A stretch of 64,000 nucleotides of DNA from Octopus vulgaris (taxonomy: Eukaryota), in NCBI GenBank assembly GCA_951406725.2, contig OX597816.1, forward strand, positions 151,962,001-152,026,000, in the 5' to 3' direction. This document shows, in pieces, positions 42,926 through 57,420 of this stretch; position 1 is the stretch's first letter, and each line of letters starts with the position of its first letter. Below the pieces are notes generated by a model that had not been told where the DNA came from, did not search any database, and was given only the letters and a program-made list of their open reading frames with translations. A program made the translations under genes and the position numbers.

Positions 42926-43631
42926 TAAAAGATGGAGGTGGAAATAGCACAGAAGTAAGTCTTAGACATTTCAATTCCACCTACCTACCTACCTACCTAC
43001 CTACCTATCTACCTACCTACCTACCTCACTACCTACCTACATAACTACCTACCTACTTACGTACCTACATACGTACCTACGTACCTACCTACATACCTAC
43101 CTACATACATACATACACTCATACATACATACATACACATACATAGATACATACATAGATACATACATACATACATACATGCATATGTACATACATGTTT
43201 ATCAATTGCGTAGGTTTACAAATACACACACACATGCATCCACACACATATATACACATACAAATGTGGCCAAAAGTTTGAAACATAGCTCTGAAAATCA
43301 GAATTTTTATATTAAATTCCCAAAAAATATATACTGTATTTATTTGAATCAAACTTTTGGCCACGACTATATATATATATAAATATATATACATATAAGG
43401 CTTCAACAAAAAATCTCCAGATATGTTCTTGACTCCCAGACAGAAGATAAGCTGTTTTTACTTTAAATTTTTATAAATTTCTACTCGTATTTGATAAGTT
43501 GAAATTCATCAAAACCAGTAATATTTTCCTAATATAATTTTATATAACTTTTTAATTCATTTTTATCAAATTCCCTCTTAAATTGAAATGTCTTAGACTT
43601 ACTTCTGTGCTATTTCCACCTCCATCTTTTA
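42926..43631. repeat. 51-bp inverted repeats facing out into (TA)n, with a decayed hammerhead at 43487-43524
   Basis: taaaagatggaggtggaaatagcacagaagtaagtct.agacatttcaatt (42926-42976) mirrored at 43581-43631; gtat TTGATAA gttgaa a ttcatc AAAA ccag TA atat. Confidence 0.7.
43261..43369. mobile_element. Tc1/mariner-type MITE
   Basis: TIRs gtggccaaaagtttga / tcaaacttttggccac, flanked by TA. Confidence 0.7.
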
Positions 43632-43775
43632 TATATATATATATACATACCAGAGTAAGCAGATAAATGTGAAACAAAACTGTTCAACAAACAGGAATGT
43701 GAAACTCTGAGTAACAGTTTTTGTGATATTTTTGCTGCTTTTTAATAAAGTATATATATATATATATATATATAT

Positions 43776-44194
43776 GGCACGTAAAAAGCACCATCCGTTC
43801 GTGGCCATTGCCAGCCTCGCCTGGCCCCCGTGCCGATGGCACGTAAAAAGCGCCATCCTTTCGTGGCCATTGCCAGCCTCGCCTGGCCCCCGTGCCGATG
43901 GCACGTAAAAAGCGCCATCCTTTCGTGGCCGTTGCCAGCCTCGCCTGGCCCCCGTGCCGGTGGCACATAAAAAGCACCATCCGATCGTGGCCGTTTGCCA
44001 GACTCGTCTGGCACGTAAAAAGCACCCACTACACTCATGGAGTGGTTGGCGTTAGGAAGGGCATCCAGCCGTAGAAGCATTGCCAGATCAAACTGGGCCT
44101 GGTGCAGCCTTCTGGCTTCCCAGACCCCAGTTGAACCGTCCAACCCATGCTAGCATGGAAAGCGGATGCTAAACGATGATGATGATGATGATGA

Positions 44195-44197
<3 letters not shown>
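43776..44197 (+). mobile_element. RTE 3' fragment with a 62-bp minisatellite (about 3.5 copies)
   Basis: Unit ggcacgtaaaaagc.ccatcc.ttcgtggcc.ttgccagcctcgcctggcccccgtgccgat at 43776, 43838 and 43900; (GAT)n tail. Confidence 0.88.
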
Positions 44198-44248
<51 letters not shown>

Positions 44249-44267
44249 TATACATATGTAATATATA

Positions 44268-44328
<61 letters not shown>

Positions 44329-44866
44329 CATGTGTGTGTGTATATATATATATATATATACTCATATAGACATACACACATATATGATGGGCTTCCACAC
44401 AGCTTCTGTCTATCAGGTTCACACAAGGCACTGGTGGACCCAGGGCCATAGCGGAACACATTCATCCAAGGTGCAGCATAGTGAGACTGAACCCAAAACC
44501 ACATGCTTGGGAAGCAAACTTCTTAACCACTCGACAACCATGCCAGCTCCTGTATGTGTATATTCATGCATGTTTGCATGAAAGTCATGAACAATGTGTG
44601 TGTATGTGCACAACTGTGTATGCGTGAAAATGTGTATGTGTGATATTCTATGTAAGTGTATCTAGTAACATACATAAAATGAATATAAGTGAAATTGTTT
44701 ACATGCGGGAGTGCTTTTGTATATTCATTTGATTGTGTGTTTTGTATTTGATATGTATGTGTGTATATATATATAAAGGGAAAGTTTACGAAAATAAACA
44801 AAAGACGAAGGCAAGTGGAGTACAAACAAACAAATGTATTAGTATAACGCTCAGGAATAGAAAAAG

Positions 44867-44904
44867 TCTTTTACGTTTTGAGCCTATGCTCTTCGACAGA
44901 AAGA
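44867..44904 (-). ncRNA. Variant or decayed hammerhead in (TA)n-flanked fragment 44775-44988
   Basis: tcttt CTGTCGA a gagc atag gctc AAAA cg TA aaaga; two core deviations, stems intact; related to 57566-57598. Confidence 0.55.
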
Positions 44905-44986
44905 TACACAGAAAAAAACAAGGAGAGAAACAAGGAGAGAAAAAGGGAGAGAAAAAAGGAGAGAAAAAATTGCGTGTAGGAGCTAA

Positions 44987-45028
<42 letters not shown>

Positions 45029-45145
45029 CTTTATATAAATATATCATCATCGTTTAACATCCGCTTATATATATATATATATAAGTAGAGATAGATACAT
45101 GTGTATGTATGTGTGAAATGTGTTGATGAAGCTTTTATTGTTTAC

Positions 45146-46240
45146 CTTTTACTTGTTTCAGTCAAGAGACCATGGCCATGCTGGGGCACTGCCTTGAAGA
45201 ATTTTTAGTTGAATGAATTGACCCCGGTACTTTTTTTTTCTATGTGAAGCCTAGTACTTATTCTATCAGTTTCTTTTGTCAAACCACTAAGTTACAGGGA
45301 CATGAACACGCCAACACCTGTTGCCAAGTAGTGGAGGTCGAAAACACATAGACACAAACACACACATGCACAAAATCACACACACACACACACACACATA
45401 CACACACACATACATACACACAATGGGCTTCCTTCAGTTCCCGTCTATCAAATCCGTCAACAAGTCTTTGGTTGGCCCAAGGCTGTAGTAGAAGACACTT
45501 GCCCAAGGTGTCACACAGTGGAACTGAACCTGGAATCACTGGTTGGGAAGGAAGCTTTTTCCCATACAGCCACGTCTGTGCATATATACATACATATATA
45601 CATACATATATGGATACATATATATATCTAAATATGCAATCAAAGTTTATGTTGCGTAGGTGTTGCTATTTATATTTCTGTAATTATACCAGGCGTCTAT
45701 TACTGTTTAATGTGGGTATCTTAGGAGATATCTGAGCAGATATGTGTTCATCAGTGGTGACTAAGTGAAGACAGAGGCCTTGGATCTAACTGTATAGGTG
45801 TTCATGTTTTTTATCGGTTTTTATTGTTTCTGGCCCTGAAGTGTGACCTTGCTGGGGCATTGCCTTGAAGGGTTTAGTCAAACAAATTAACCCCAGTGAT
45901 TAGTTTTTTTAAAGCCTGGTATTTATTTTGTTAGTTCCTTAAGCCAAACTATTAAGTTTTAGGAACACAAACAAATCAACACTGGTTGTCAAGCAGTGGG
46001 GGTGGGCGAGGACAAATACAAAGACACATACATGCACAGACACAGACACAGACACACACACACACACACACATACATGATGGGCTTCTTTCAGGTTCTGT
46101 CTATCAGGTCCACTCACAAAACTTTGGTTGTCCCAGAGCTACAGTAGAAGACATTTGCCCAAAAATGACACACAGTGGGAAGGAACCCAGAACCATGTAG
46201 TTGGGAAACAAAGTCGTTTCCACACAGCCACACCTGTGCA
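45146..46240 (-). mobile_element. Two SINE family A copies (45146-45581 and about 45800-46240); a 3' half follows at 46709-46925
   Basis: Reverse-complement match to the 25666 copy. Confidence 0.8.
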
Positions 46241-47119
46241 GACACTACACCCTTGTTTGTTATCATGTGCTTGACATTTTAATGTTTTCACATGTAAATC
46301 TATAAATACATGTCATGCGTACACGTATGCACACACATGCACTCTCAAAAATAAACACATAAACACATAAACATATATACCTGCACACAGCTACACAAAT
46401 ATATGATGTATATGGGTTGACATATGAATGTGATTTTGTTTATACATAGAGGTGTAATATATGTATACATATGCATATTTGCATGCAGGCTAATGCAATA
46501 TGTGTGTGTGTGTGTGTGTGCATGTGTGTATATGTGTACATATCTGTTTAATTTACTTGTTTAGGTATTTAAGTGTACACATGAATATATATATAAGTAC
46601 CAGTTGCATACTGGGTTGATCTAATCAACTGGCCCCACTCCCCAAAACTTTCGGGCCTTGTGCTTAGAGTAGAAAAAGATACATACATACACACACACAC
46701 ACATATATCTCTTTACTCTTTTACTGTTTTACTTGTTTCAGTCATTTGACTGCGGCCATGCTGGAGCACCGACTTTAGTCGATCAAATCGACCCCGGGAC
46801 TTATTCTTTGTAAGCCCAGTACTTATTCTATCGGTCTCTTTTGCTGAACCGCTAAGTGACGGGGACGTAAACACACCAGCATCGGTTGTCAAGCAATGCT
46901 AGGGGACAAACACAGACACACAACCCCCCCACACACACACATATATATATATATATACGACACAACATATATATGTATATATGCATGTATGCGTGTGCAT
47001 GTCAATATGTATATATGAGTGAGTATTTGTTAGTGTGTGTATAGATTTGTGTATTTTACTTAGTTGTATTATATTGTAAAGCAAAACTTATTTAGTTTGA
47101 CACAACCAACTCTTTGGAT

Positions 47120-49340
47120 TCTGGTGACCACCCCCACTGAATATGGTATCTTGATATCCAGCTGACTACTTACTTATTTGGTATAAGACTACTCAGTCAC
47201 AACTAGCTTGGGGTTAAAAACAACAATGATAACGATAAACAACAATGTGAGCAAATGAGATCACCTTTACATGGTTGCTAGGACCATTAGAAATAGCAGC
47301 CAAATTTCACTCAAGTTATACCTGAGCATCTTTAGAAAACAAAGATACTTTGGACTGTCAAGTTTGGGATACAGTACACTGAAAAGGAAGATGAGATGGG
47401 TTTGGTTTGGAAACTTTTGATTACAGGTCTTCTCAACCAGGATTGACCCAACAACAAGAAGATACAATATCAACCATATCACTACCACCATCTCTACCAC
47501 CTCCCTCATTTCCATCATCACCTTGCCAGCAATGTTAATATTATTTCTTCTGTGACAGCGTGGGAATTTCTACGCAGTTTCTCGACATGTTAGAAACAAC
47601 AGCCAAATATCCTTCAAATCACACCATACTGTCATGAAAATAAAGGTAACCTATTACATAATTTTAGGGCCTACACATGCCTAAAATAACAGGATGGACA
47701 CTACCGAAGCACATAGGGAATAGATATCTGTTTAAATCTGCTTAATCAGAGTTGATCTTGGACTAAACAACAACAGCAACAATGACAGCAACAACAATAA
47801 CAATAACAACAACTCCATTTCATTTAATCAAAATCAATAACAACAGTACCAAATAGAAAATTAAGTCCACACAGGCAAAACTGACAACAATAGTGAACAC
47901 CACTACTGAAATGAGCTTACTATCACTAACACAACTTCCAAGACACAAACAACAACAACAACAACAACAGAGACTTCAATACCATTGTCAATAACAACAA
48001 CAACAAGTGAATAAATGAGGGAAAACTCTACATGGTTAGATTGTTGGATTTCCTAGAAATGGCAGCCAAATTTTCCTGAAATTTCAACCCTTGCATTGAA
48101 GAAGATACTCTGGATAATACTTTGTGAAAAGAAGAAGTAAAAAAATAGACAAAATAGTCTTTCATCATAAGACAGCTTAAATATGCTCGAACTGGAGTTA
48201 AGCAACAACAACAGCAGCAACATAACCAATGACATTAACAACTCTAACAACAACAAGAACAACACACCACAAACTACAAAAATACCATCAAAACTAATTG
48301 ACAACAATATTAACACCAACATCATCGCTATTACAATAACCACCACCACCACCTACTACCACCTACTACTACCTACTACCACCTATACCTCTATCATCAT
48401 CTGTTATTACCAGTATAAGCCAAAGAGGAAGCTTCTGAGTGGTCGATCAAAGTGCTAGAAATAGCAGCTAAGTTACCCTCAAGTTGCCCTCCTGCCTCAC
48501 CAGCTCAGAAAAGGTTCCCTGCACATATAAAAAGATGCGTACCTACTACCACCTATACCTCTATCATCATCTGTTATTACCAGTATAAGCCAAAGAGGAA
48601 GCTTCTAAGTGGTCTATCATAGTGCTAGAAATAGCAGCTAAGTTACCCTCAAGTTGCCCTCCTGCCTCACCAGCTCAGAAAAGATTCCCTGCACATATAA
48701 AAAGATGCGATGGTTGTTTTTGGAATACCTTTGCTCACAAGTTTGTTTAATCAGGGATGACCTGGGGTTATAAAACAACACAAACACATGACTACTACTG
48801 CCACCCCACCCCCACCCTAAATCATCATCGTCATTGTCTTCATCGTCATCATCATCATCATCATTGTTATTTTCATCGTCATCATTGTTATCATCATAAT
48901 TATCATTAATATCATCATGAAACAATAGAAAAGGACAATAGAACAAGAACAAAAACAACAAACAACAATTGCAATACTATAGTTTGGTAAAAAAAGTAAT
49001 TCAAAAAAATTCACATAGACAAATAAAGGAAAATATCACAATATCACAATATCACCAGCACCACCGTCATCACCACCATCACCACCACCATCACCACCAC
49101 CACCACCACCACACATTTACCTCAGATACTTCATGAGGCAAGTAAGCTGCCTTTTTGAGCTTGTTTGACCTGCTAGAAATAGCAGACAAATTGCCTTGGA
49201 TCACGCTCTACCATCACACAAAGGCGCATGTTGGACAATGTGGTGCTGGGTTTCCTGGATATAGGAAAAAGACAGGATTGTCACGGTTGGAGCACCTTTG
49301 ATTATAGAGCTACTTAATCTGGGCTAAACAACAACAACTG
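47120..49340 (+). repeat. Cluster of about six co-oriented, highly diverged copies of an old repeat with (AAC)n tails
   Basis: Recurrent tagaaatagcagccaaat ... ttaatcaggg.tgac.tgggg.taaacaacaac near 47290, 47590, 48053, 48456, 48626 and 49173; inverted copies near 470-880 and 11140-11350. Confidence 0.7.
48370..48709. repeat. Recent 170-bp tandem duplication
   Basis: tacctactaccacctatacctctatc...aaagatgcg at 48370-48539 and 48540-48709 with few mismatches. Confidence 0.9.
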
Positions 49341-49855
49341 CAACCAACAACAATAACAATGTTTACTAACACTACACTTCCAATACCAACACCCCCACCA
49401 CCCCCATCATCGCCACTGCTACCATCACTTACCACTACTGCCTCCACTTCCACCACTATTGCATAGTTGTTTCACTTTACCCCTACCACTACCCGTGTCC
49501 TTAACACTTCTGCAGCAACTACCATCACCACCACCACCACCATCAGCACCACTGCCAACACCACACTGCCCTCATCAACACAACACAATACACAGCCACC
49601 ACTCATGTCCTCAGTGCATCTACCACTACTTGCCCCCTCTCCATACCATGCCCACTGTGTTTACCTTCACCACCACCACCACTACCACCACCACCACACC
49701 ACCAACACCACCACTGCCAGCACATACCTGATATCAACATCAATGCCTCATGCACCACCACCACCACCACTACCGCCACCACCACCGCCACTACTACCAC
49801 CACTATCATAACGCGAACACACTCATGCAGTGCAGTGCATGCATGCTTTACTTAC

Positions 49856-49995
49856 CAATATCATTACTGTGCATGGTGACAAACTGTTGCACTGTCATTG
49901 TGTATAGCCACTGTGTGCAAGCTTGCTAATGTATGCTGCAGCAATGCAGTGTAGCATGCTAATGCTTAGTAAATGTGGACACTTTAAGCCGGTAA
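49856..49995 (-). other. Candidate 5' exon of a host gene; possible start ATG at 49898 (MTVQQFVTMHSNDI, phase 1)
   Basis: Unique island in low-complexity DNA; consensus donor TTG|gtaagt; pyrimidine-rich acceptor ctctactcttctcttatactacaacag|. Confidence 0.4.
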
Positions 49996-50217
49996 CTGTT
50001 GTAGTATAAGAGAAGAGTAGAGTGCAGTGTTGTGATGTGCAAGTGTGAGTGCAAGGAGTGGAGAGAGTCACACAGCACAACACAGAACAACGTAGTTCAT
50101 CATTTTACTCTGTACTTGCAATGTCACACACTCAGAGACAGACAAGTGACTCTGTGTAGCTGTGCATAAGTGTGTGTGTGTGTGTGTGTATGTGTGTGTA
50201 TGCACGTGCGCATGCGA

Positions 50218-50269
<52 letters not shown>

Positions 50270-50379
50270 ATGTGTGCGTGCGTATATGCAAGTGTGCGTG
50301 TCTATGAGTGATGTGTGTATATGTGTGTATATGAGTACGTATAGAGTTGCGGTGGGGGAGGGTCTCCAGTCACGGTGAT

Positions 50380-53225
50380 GATGACAACATCCATGCTGTC
50401 ATCTCCACCACTCTCATCACAACCAGTGCTCCCACCACCACCACCACCACCACCACCATCATCACTACCACCACCACATCCAACATCTTTATCCACTCTC
50501 ACCACTACCACTGCCACCACCTCTGCCACCATCACTGCCACCATCACTGCTACCACCGCTGCCGCCACTACTACCACTACTACCGCTACCACTACCACTG
50601 CTGTCACCACCACCACTACCTTCATCCCTTATCCCCTTATCGCTATCGTCATTATCATTGTTTTCCATCTTCCCTTCTAAAACCACTACCATCAGCACCG
50701 CTGCCTCATCCATTGCTAACACTCGCATCCACCACCAGTACTACCACCACCACCACCACCACAACCACTACCATCATCATTACCATCATCATCACCATCA
50801 CTTGTTATTGTTATACTCCTTGGTGGAGGTGGTAGTGGTGTACGTTAGCTGCTACTGATAACGATGCTGCTAGTGCTGCTGCTGCTGTTCTTGTTGCTGC
50901 AGGTGATGGTGATGCTTCAACTGTTGCTGATGTTGTTGTTGTTGTTGCAGCTGCTGCCCTTGCTAATGCAACTGTTGCATCTTGTTACAGGTGTTGGTGA
51001 TGTTGTTGCTTCTGGTGTTTTTGTTGTCATTGCAGTTGTTGTTGTTGTTGTTGTTCTTGCTGCTGCTGCTGTTGCTGAATTCGTTGCTGCTACTGCTGCT
51101 GCTGCTGCTGCCGTTGTTATTACTGCTATTGTTCTTACAGCTGATGTTCTTAATCTTTTGCTACTGTTGTTGTTGTTGTTGTTGTTGTTGTTGTGGCTGT
51201 TGTTGCTACTTCAGCTGCTGCTGAAGGTGATGTTGATGCTGTTACTACTCTGTCTACTACTTCTACTGCTGCTGCTGCTGCTTCTGATCTTACTTGTAGC
51301 TAATGTTACTACTATTAGTATTGCTTTTGGTGCTGCTGTTGCTGCTGATGTTGTTATTGTTGCTGCTGTTGTTGCTACTGCTGTTGCTGCTGCTGTTGCT
51401 GTTACTGATGTTGCTGCTATGATGCTGTTGTTACTGCTGCTGTTCTTGCAGTTGATTCCGTTGTTGCTGCTGCTGATGATGATGATGTTGTTGCTGCTGA
51501 AGATGCTGTTGAGTTATTGCTGCTGCTGTTGCTGCTGCCTTCAGTTTTGGCCCCATACTTCAATCCCCATCTCATACTAAAATTTGGAAATGGCAGTAAG
51601 AGTAAGGTGGGGGAGGGGTTAGATAAGAGCAAACAGTGAGAGAGAGGGAGTGGGAGAGAGGGAGAGAATGAGGGAGCAGGAGTGAGAGAGGTAGTGACAG
51701 AGATGGGGAGAGAAAAAGGGTGACTGAGAGAGAGGGAGAGAATGAGGGAGCAAGAGTGAAAGAGGGAAAGAGAATGAGGAAGAGGGAATGAGAGAGAGAG
51801 TGAGAGGGAGTGAGAGAGAGGGTGAGTGAATGAGGGAGAGGGAGTGATAGAGCGAGTGAGGGAGTGAGAGAGAAGGGAGAGAATGAGGGAGAGAGGGAGT
51901 GAGAGAGAGAGGGAGTGAATGAGGGAGAGAGAGTGAGAGAGAGAGAGTGAGAGAGGGGGTGAGTGAATGAGGGAGAGGGAGGGAGAGAAGGAGGGAGAGA
52001 AATTGTAGAAAATAGAGAGAGAAAGTATGGGACAGTTTGGATGAATTGGAAAAAGGGAAAAAGGGAAAAAGAGGAAGGAAAAGGCAGAGAGATAGTAGAG
52101 AGAAAGAGAGAGAGAGAGAAAGAGTAAGTATGAGAAGGGAAAAAGAGAAAGAAGCAAGGGAAAATAGGAGAAAATGAGAAAGGTCATAACAAAATATTAG
52201 ATATGTATGTATGTGTATGTAAATATATGTATATGTATGTCTGTATCTATGTATGCATGTATGTATGTCTGTATGTGTTTGTATGAACAAAAATGTATGC
52301 ACATATGTATATATGTGTGCATGTGTATGTGTTTGTATGTTTGTGTAAATGTTTGTGTGTGTGTATGTATGTGTATATGTATATATGTATGTATGTATGT
52401 GTATATGTATGTAAATATATGAATATGTATGTCTGTATCTATATATGTTTTTACGTGTATGTATGTATGTGCATTTGTATGTGTTTGTATGCAGATGTAT
52501 GTATGTGCATATGTATGTTCATATGCATGCATAAGTATGTGTTTGTATGATTGTATAGATGTTTGTGTGCATATATGTAAGTGTATATGTATGTGTGTAT
52601 GTATGTATGTATGTATGTATGTACGTAGGTTGGTAGGTAGGAATATGTGCATGCTTGTATGTCTGTATATGTGTGTTTGTATATGTATGCATGCTTGTAT
52701 GTCAATGTGTGTGTATGCTTGTGTATATAAGTATGTGTTCATGAATGTATATCTCTATATGTGTTTTTGTGCATATATGCGTATATGTTGTATATATATA
52801 TATATATATATATACAAGCATCTGTGTATGTAAGAATAAGTATGCATACATATGTAAGTATGTGTGCGGAAATATGTATATACCTATGTACATACATGTA
52901 CTGTGAAGTTGTGTATGTGGGTATACGCTCATGTAGTCCAAATCATGATAGCATGGAAAAATGGACATTAATTGATGATGATGATGATGATCATGATCAT
53001 GATGATCATGATCATGATGATCATGATGATTATGATGATCATAATGTGGCTAGGTATGTAATGTTCACCTGTACATATTTATGAATCTATGTATGAGAAT
53101 GCATATATCTGTACATACAAATATACATGCATACACATGCATGCACGCACACACACATACATGTATATATGTATGTATGTATATATATATATTTATGTAT
53201 GTATGTATGTATATATATGTATGTG

Positions 53226-53259
<34 letters not shown>

Positions 53260-53330
53260 TATATATATATTTATGTATATATGTATGTATATATGTATAT
53301 ATGTATGTATAGGAAGGGTGTGAGGGAGAG
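50380..53330. repeat. Low-complexity block: (ACC)n, (TGC/TGT)n, (GA)n-rich and (TATG)n-rich tracts
   Basis: Direct inspection; accounts for the long poly-L, poly-A and poly-T ORFs. Confidence 0.9.
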
Positions 53331-53684
53331 GAAGAGAGAAGGGGAAAATGAGAAATAGTGAAGAAGGAAGTAGTAAAAAGAAGTGTTGTAGAAAGAGAGA
53401 CAGTGATACAGAGAAAGAGAGAAGGAGAGATTGAATGAGAGAAAAAGAGGAAAAGAAAAAGAAAGGGAATCCTTATATTTTGTTTCCCTTCACCACACTG
53501 ACTTGGTACAAAGATAATGTATTCATTTCACTGACACCCCACTCAATCATGGAAACCACTTCACACAACTCTTATACCCTATTCAGACATAGAGACCACT
53601 TCAGAAATGCACCCTCCCCTAAACATTACATACATACGGCTGTGTATATGTGTGTGTTTGTATATATATATATGCATACATACA

Positions 53685-53721
<37 letters not shown>

Positions 53722-53906
53722 TGTAACAATGTGCAGTACTACACACCTTAAAAGTGATATTGACTCTAACACATACAAACCATTACAATGAAAATGTCAC
53801 ATATAACAGCAGAACCCACCTCACAAACAAAACTAACACTTTCATACAACCTAACACATAAATTGTTACCAATATGCACACGCATGCACACATGCACACA
53901 TGCACA

Positions 53907-53938
<32 letters not shown>

Positions 53939-54685
53939 TTACTGGCACCATTATACAGAAACTAAGATAAATTTGTCACCTTACAATCACACACAACCCA
54001 TCGTACAAGTGATAATGACATTAATTCACAGAAACCACCATTACTAGATGTAGCAAGTAAAGTATTTATTTCATAAAATACCACACATGATCGACAATCC
54101 AGACTCCCGTACAAACCAATACACCTTAGATATCACATTAACTACAACATAAAAACTGATGTGTAAAATATTAATTCATACCTTACAAATAATAGTTATC
54201 CTTCCACACAAACCACCACAATAGACAATCACACAAGACCTACTATACGAAATAGCACCCAACTCTAATTCAAACACTTCACCACACCTTACAAGTTTCC
54301 GAAAATTCTATTGAAATGCAAACCACAACCTTATTTTCATAATAGCTCTTCACTGTAGAAGTTGTATTAGAATACAAGATTTTAGCAAAAGCAATTCCAA
54401 CACATATTTCTATGTTTTATGTCTTACGTTACTACATCTGATCAACTTTAGAGTATAGCTAAATGTTTAAAGTGTCTGCGCAGAAAGACAGCACTTTTCT
54501 GAAATTACTTTGTGATTTTCTAGCAATTTCTCTATTTTGCATATGTGGATGTGCTTATTACTTTTACAAAAGAATTTAAAAAGAACTTGCATACATGCAA
54601 GCAGAAATATTTAATAACCATAATGTGCTATATATATCACTACTTACCATGACACAAGCAGTTTTAAATGAGTTTTATATATGTG

Positions 54686-54735
<50 letters not shown>

Positions 54736-54756
54736 CACACATTTATACATTCTTTT

Positions 54757-55190
54757 ATTCTTTTAGTCTTTTATTCTCTTACTTGTTTCAGTCATTTGAC
54801 TGCAGCCATGCTGGAGCACCACCTTAAATGATGTTAGTGAAAGAAATCGACCCCAAGACTTATTTTTTTGTAAGCCTAGTACATATTCTATTGCTCTCTT
54901 ATGCCAAACAGCTAAGTTATGGGGACACAAACACACCAGCATCGGTTGTCAAGTGATGGTGGTGGTGGGTCAAACACAGACATACACACACACAAATATA
55001 TATACATATACATATATACATGTAAATATATATATACAACAGGTTTCTTCAATTTCTGTCTACCAAATCCACTCACAAGGCTTTGGTTGGCCTGAGACTA
55101 TAGTAGAAGACACTTGCCCGAGGTGTCATGAAGTGAGATTCAACCTGGAACCATGTTGCTGGGAAGCAAAGTTCTTACCATGCCTGTGCC
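54757..55190 (-). mobile_element. SINE family A copy
   Basis: Reverse-complement match to the 25666 copy. Confidence 0.8.
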
Positions 55191-55258
55191 TATATATATC
55201 TATATATATATATATATATATATACATATATGTATATACACACACTCATACACACACT

Positions 55259-55320
<62 letters not shown>

Positions 55321-55469
55321 GTGTGGCTCAAAAGTAGGCTTACAGTTATCACCCAGGCACTTTAAATTTCTTTTAAAACATTTTATTACATTTAAATTTC
55401 TATCGTACAAACTGACAGAGAGCTTGACAAAATTAACTTAATTAGCATAGAATAATGGTTTCATTTCTT

Positions 55470-57420
55470 TTTGTTTTGGAAATGCTACCCAGATAACTGT
55501 TTCATTCTGTGGCCACATAACCTTGAACAACTCTCAAAATTTAAAAACTTAATGAACAGCATTAACCACAGTATCCAGTTGACAATGGAATACAGCCACA
55601 AAAACTACCTTTCCAGGACATCTTAATCATAAAAGGAGATACTGAAATTGAAACCGACATCTTCAAACCAATGGACTCGAAACAATATCTTCTATTCTCC
55701 TCCTGCCACCCAAAACATACTAAAAGAAATATACTGTTCAACTTTGCAAGAAGAATTTGCATGATTGCATCAAATCCTGAAACCTGAGGAAAGCAATTCC
55801 AAGAACTTAAAAACACATTACTTGATAGAAAATACCAGGCCAGTCTAATCAAAAATGGAACAGATCATGCAAAAAGGATAGACATCCAAAAGTTACGGAA
55901 AACAAAAAAAAAACCATGGCACACTTAGAACTTGATCTTACATGTCAAAGAACATGGAAGCATACAACATCATCCACCAAAATGTACCTCGCCTTATGAA
56001 GGACCTGCAAATGAAAAAGGCACTGGAAACACATAGTATTATCAAAAGAAAGAGACAACCACAATCCCTAAAAAAGTTACCAGCGCCAGATTACCCATCA
56101 AAAATACAACTTCACTCGTCAAAAAGTGCAACCGCCCTAATTGTGGAACTTGCATCTTTCTCTTAGAGGGTTCAACATACAAATTTAAGTCAGGTCAAAC
56201 TTTTACCATAAAAAAAATCACTTTACTTGTGCTTTGAAGAACTTAATCTATGTTCTCAAATGTGGAAGGTGTGGTGGAGACTATACAGGTCAAACGGTGT
56301 ACAGGCAACAAATCCAGGGACTCATAAGTAGGAAAATTCCTGTGAGCAAACACCTAGACCAATGTCCTGTAAACATTAACCCGAAATACCAAATCTTCCC
56401 TCTCTATCAAATGCATTGGAAACGCTTCAACCCAATTCCATTTAAATAAGGAAAGCATACTCATTAAAAAAATGTAAACCACAGCTGAATATTCTTTAGA
56501 AAGAAGAAAAAACGCTAAAGAGAAAAAGAAAAAAAGACCCAATTTCTCCACAAAAAGACAACTGGGAACAACAGACAATTTTTAAAACTTTAGTAATGGT
56601 CTTCCACCTGGTTTTCAAAACCACAACTCTAAATTACCATACAAACACCAGTTGCCAACGTCACCTATCTCTAGACCAACGAAATCTTACAATCACCAGT
56701 CGCTGATGTCACCTAATTCTAGACCAATGAAATTTTACTGTCAATCAAAATTGAACTTCAGCAAGTACAGCAAAATGACCCTTTAAGAGAATCAACCAAC
56801 CGGAATGGCTGATGGCTGTTCCCCACAGAGAAGCCAACTAAGCAGAACAACAAACTTGACCACTGGAAAAAACAAGACGTCACCAGTACTTTAATGAATC
56901 AAAAATCAGATCCGATCATGGAAAAAATTATAAATACACCGGATTCCAAAACACACCAATACAAGCAAAAGTTCCTCTACACTACAGAAAGAGAATCAGA
57001 GAAATTGTAAACCAAATCCCTTTTTTCACTATCTTCATTTTTCTCTCTTAACTCAATATGGCTGAAACTTTGATGATATTTATTTCTTGTCTGTCACTAC
57101 TAACACTAATGAACTTTGTACATTTAAATAAGTTGATGCGCAGTTTTTATAATATTGACTGTTATGAACATTTAAACTTGCCAACATTGAAACTTTTAAA
57201 CATGTTTTTCTAATTCATAACTCTAAATTTGTTTGTTATGAACATTTAAACTTGTCAAAATTGAAACTTTTAAACCAGTCTTTCTAATTCATAAATCTTA
57301 ATTTTTTGCATTGATAAAGAAAAAATATTGTTGAAACTAGTTTGGTACATATGTAAATAAATTTATTTTAAACAATTACAAGTTTTTTCAAATTTAGATG
57401 CATCTTCAACAACAAATTTG

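Noticed and set aside
43776-43990. CRISPR-like regular repeats
   Set aside because: Head-to-tail minisatellite without unique spacers, inside an RTE 3' UTR, in a eukaryotic context.
50864-51580. Hydrophobic poly-L/A ORF, or a poly-Q exon on the minus strand
   Set aside because: Degenerate trinucleotide repeat; the glutamine frame is interrupted by stops such as cagcaataa.
57305-57358. Hammerhead at the 3' end of the 55.5-57.4 kb PLE
   Set aside because: Position fits, but the core (TTGATAA) and stems are too degraded to call.
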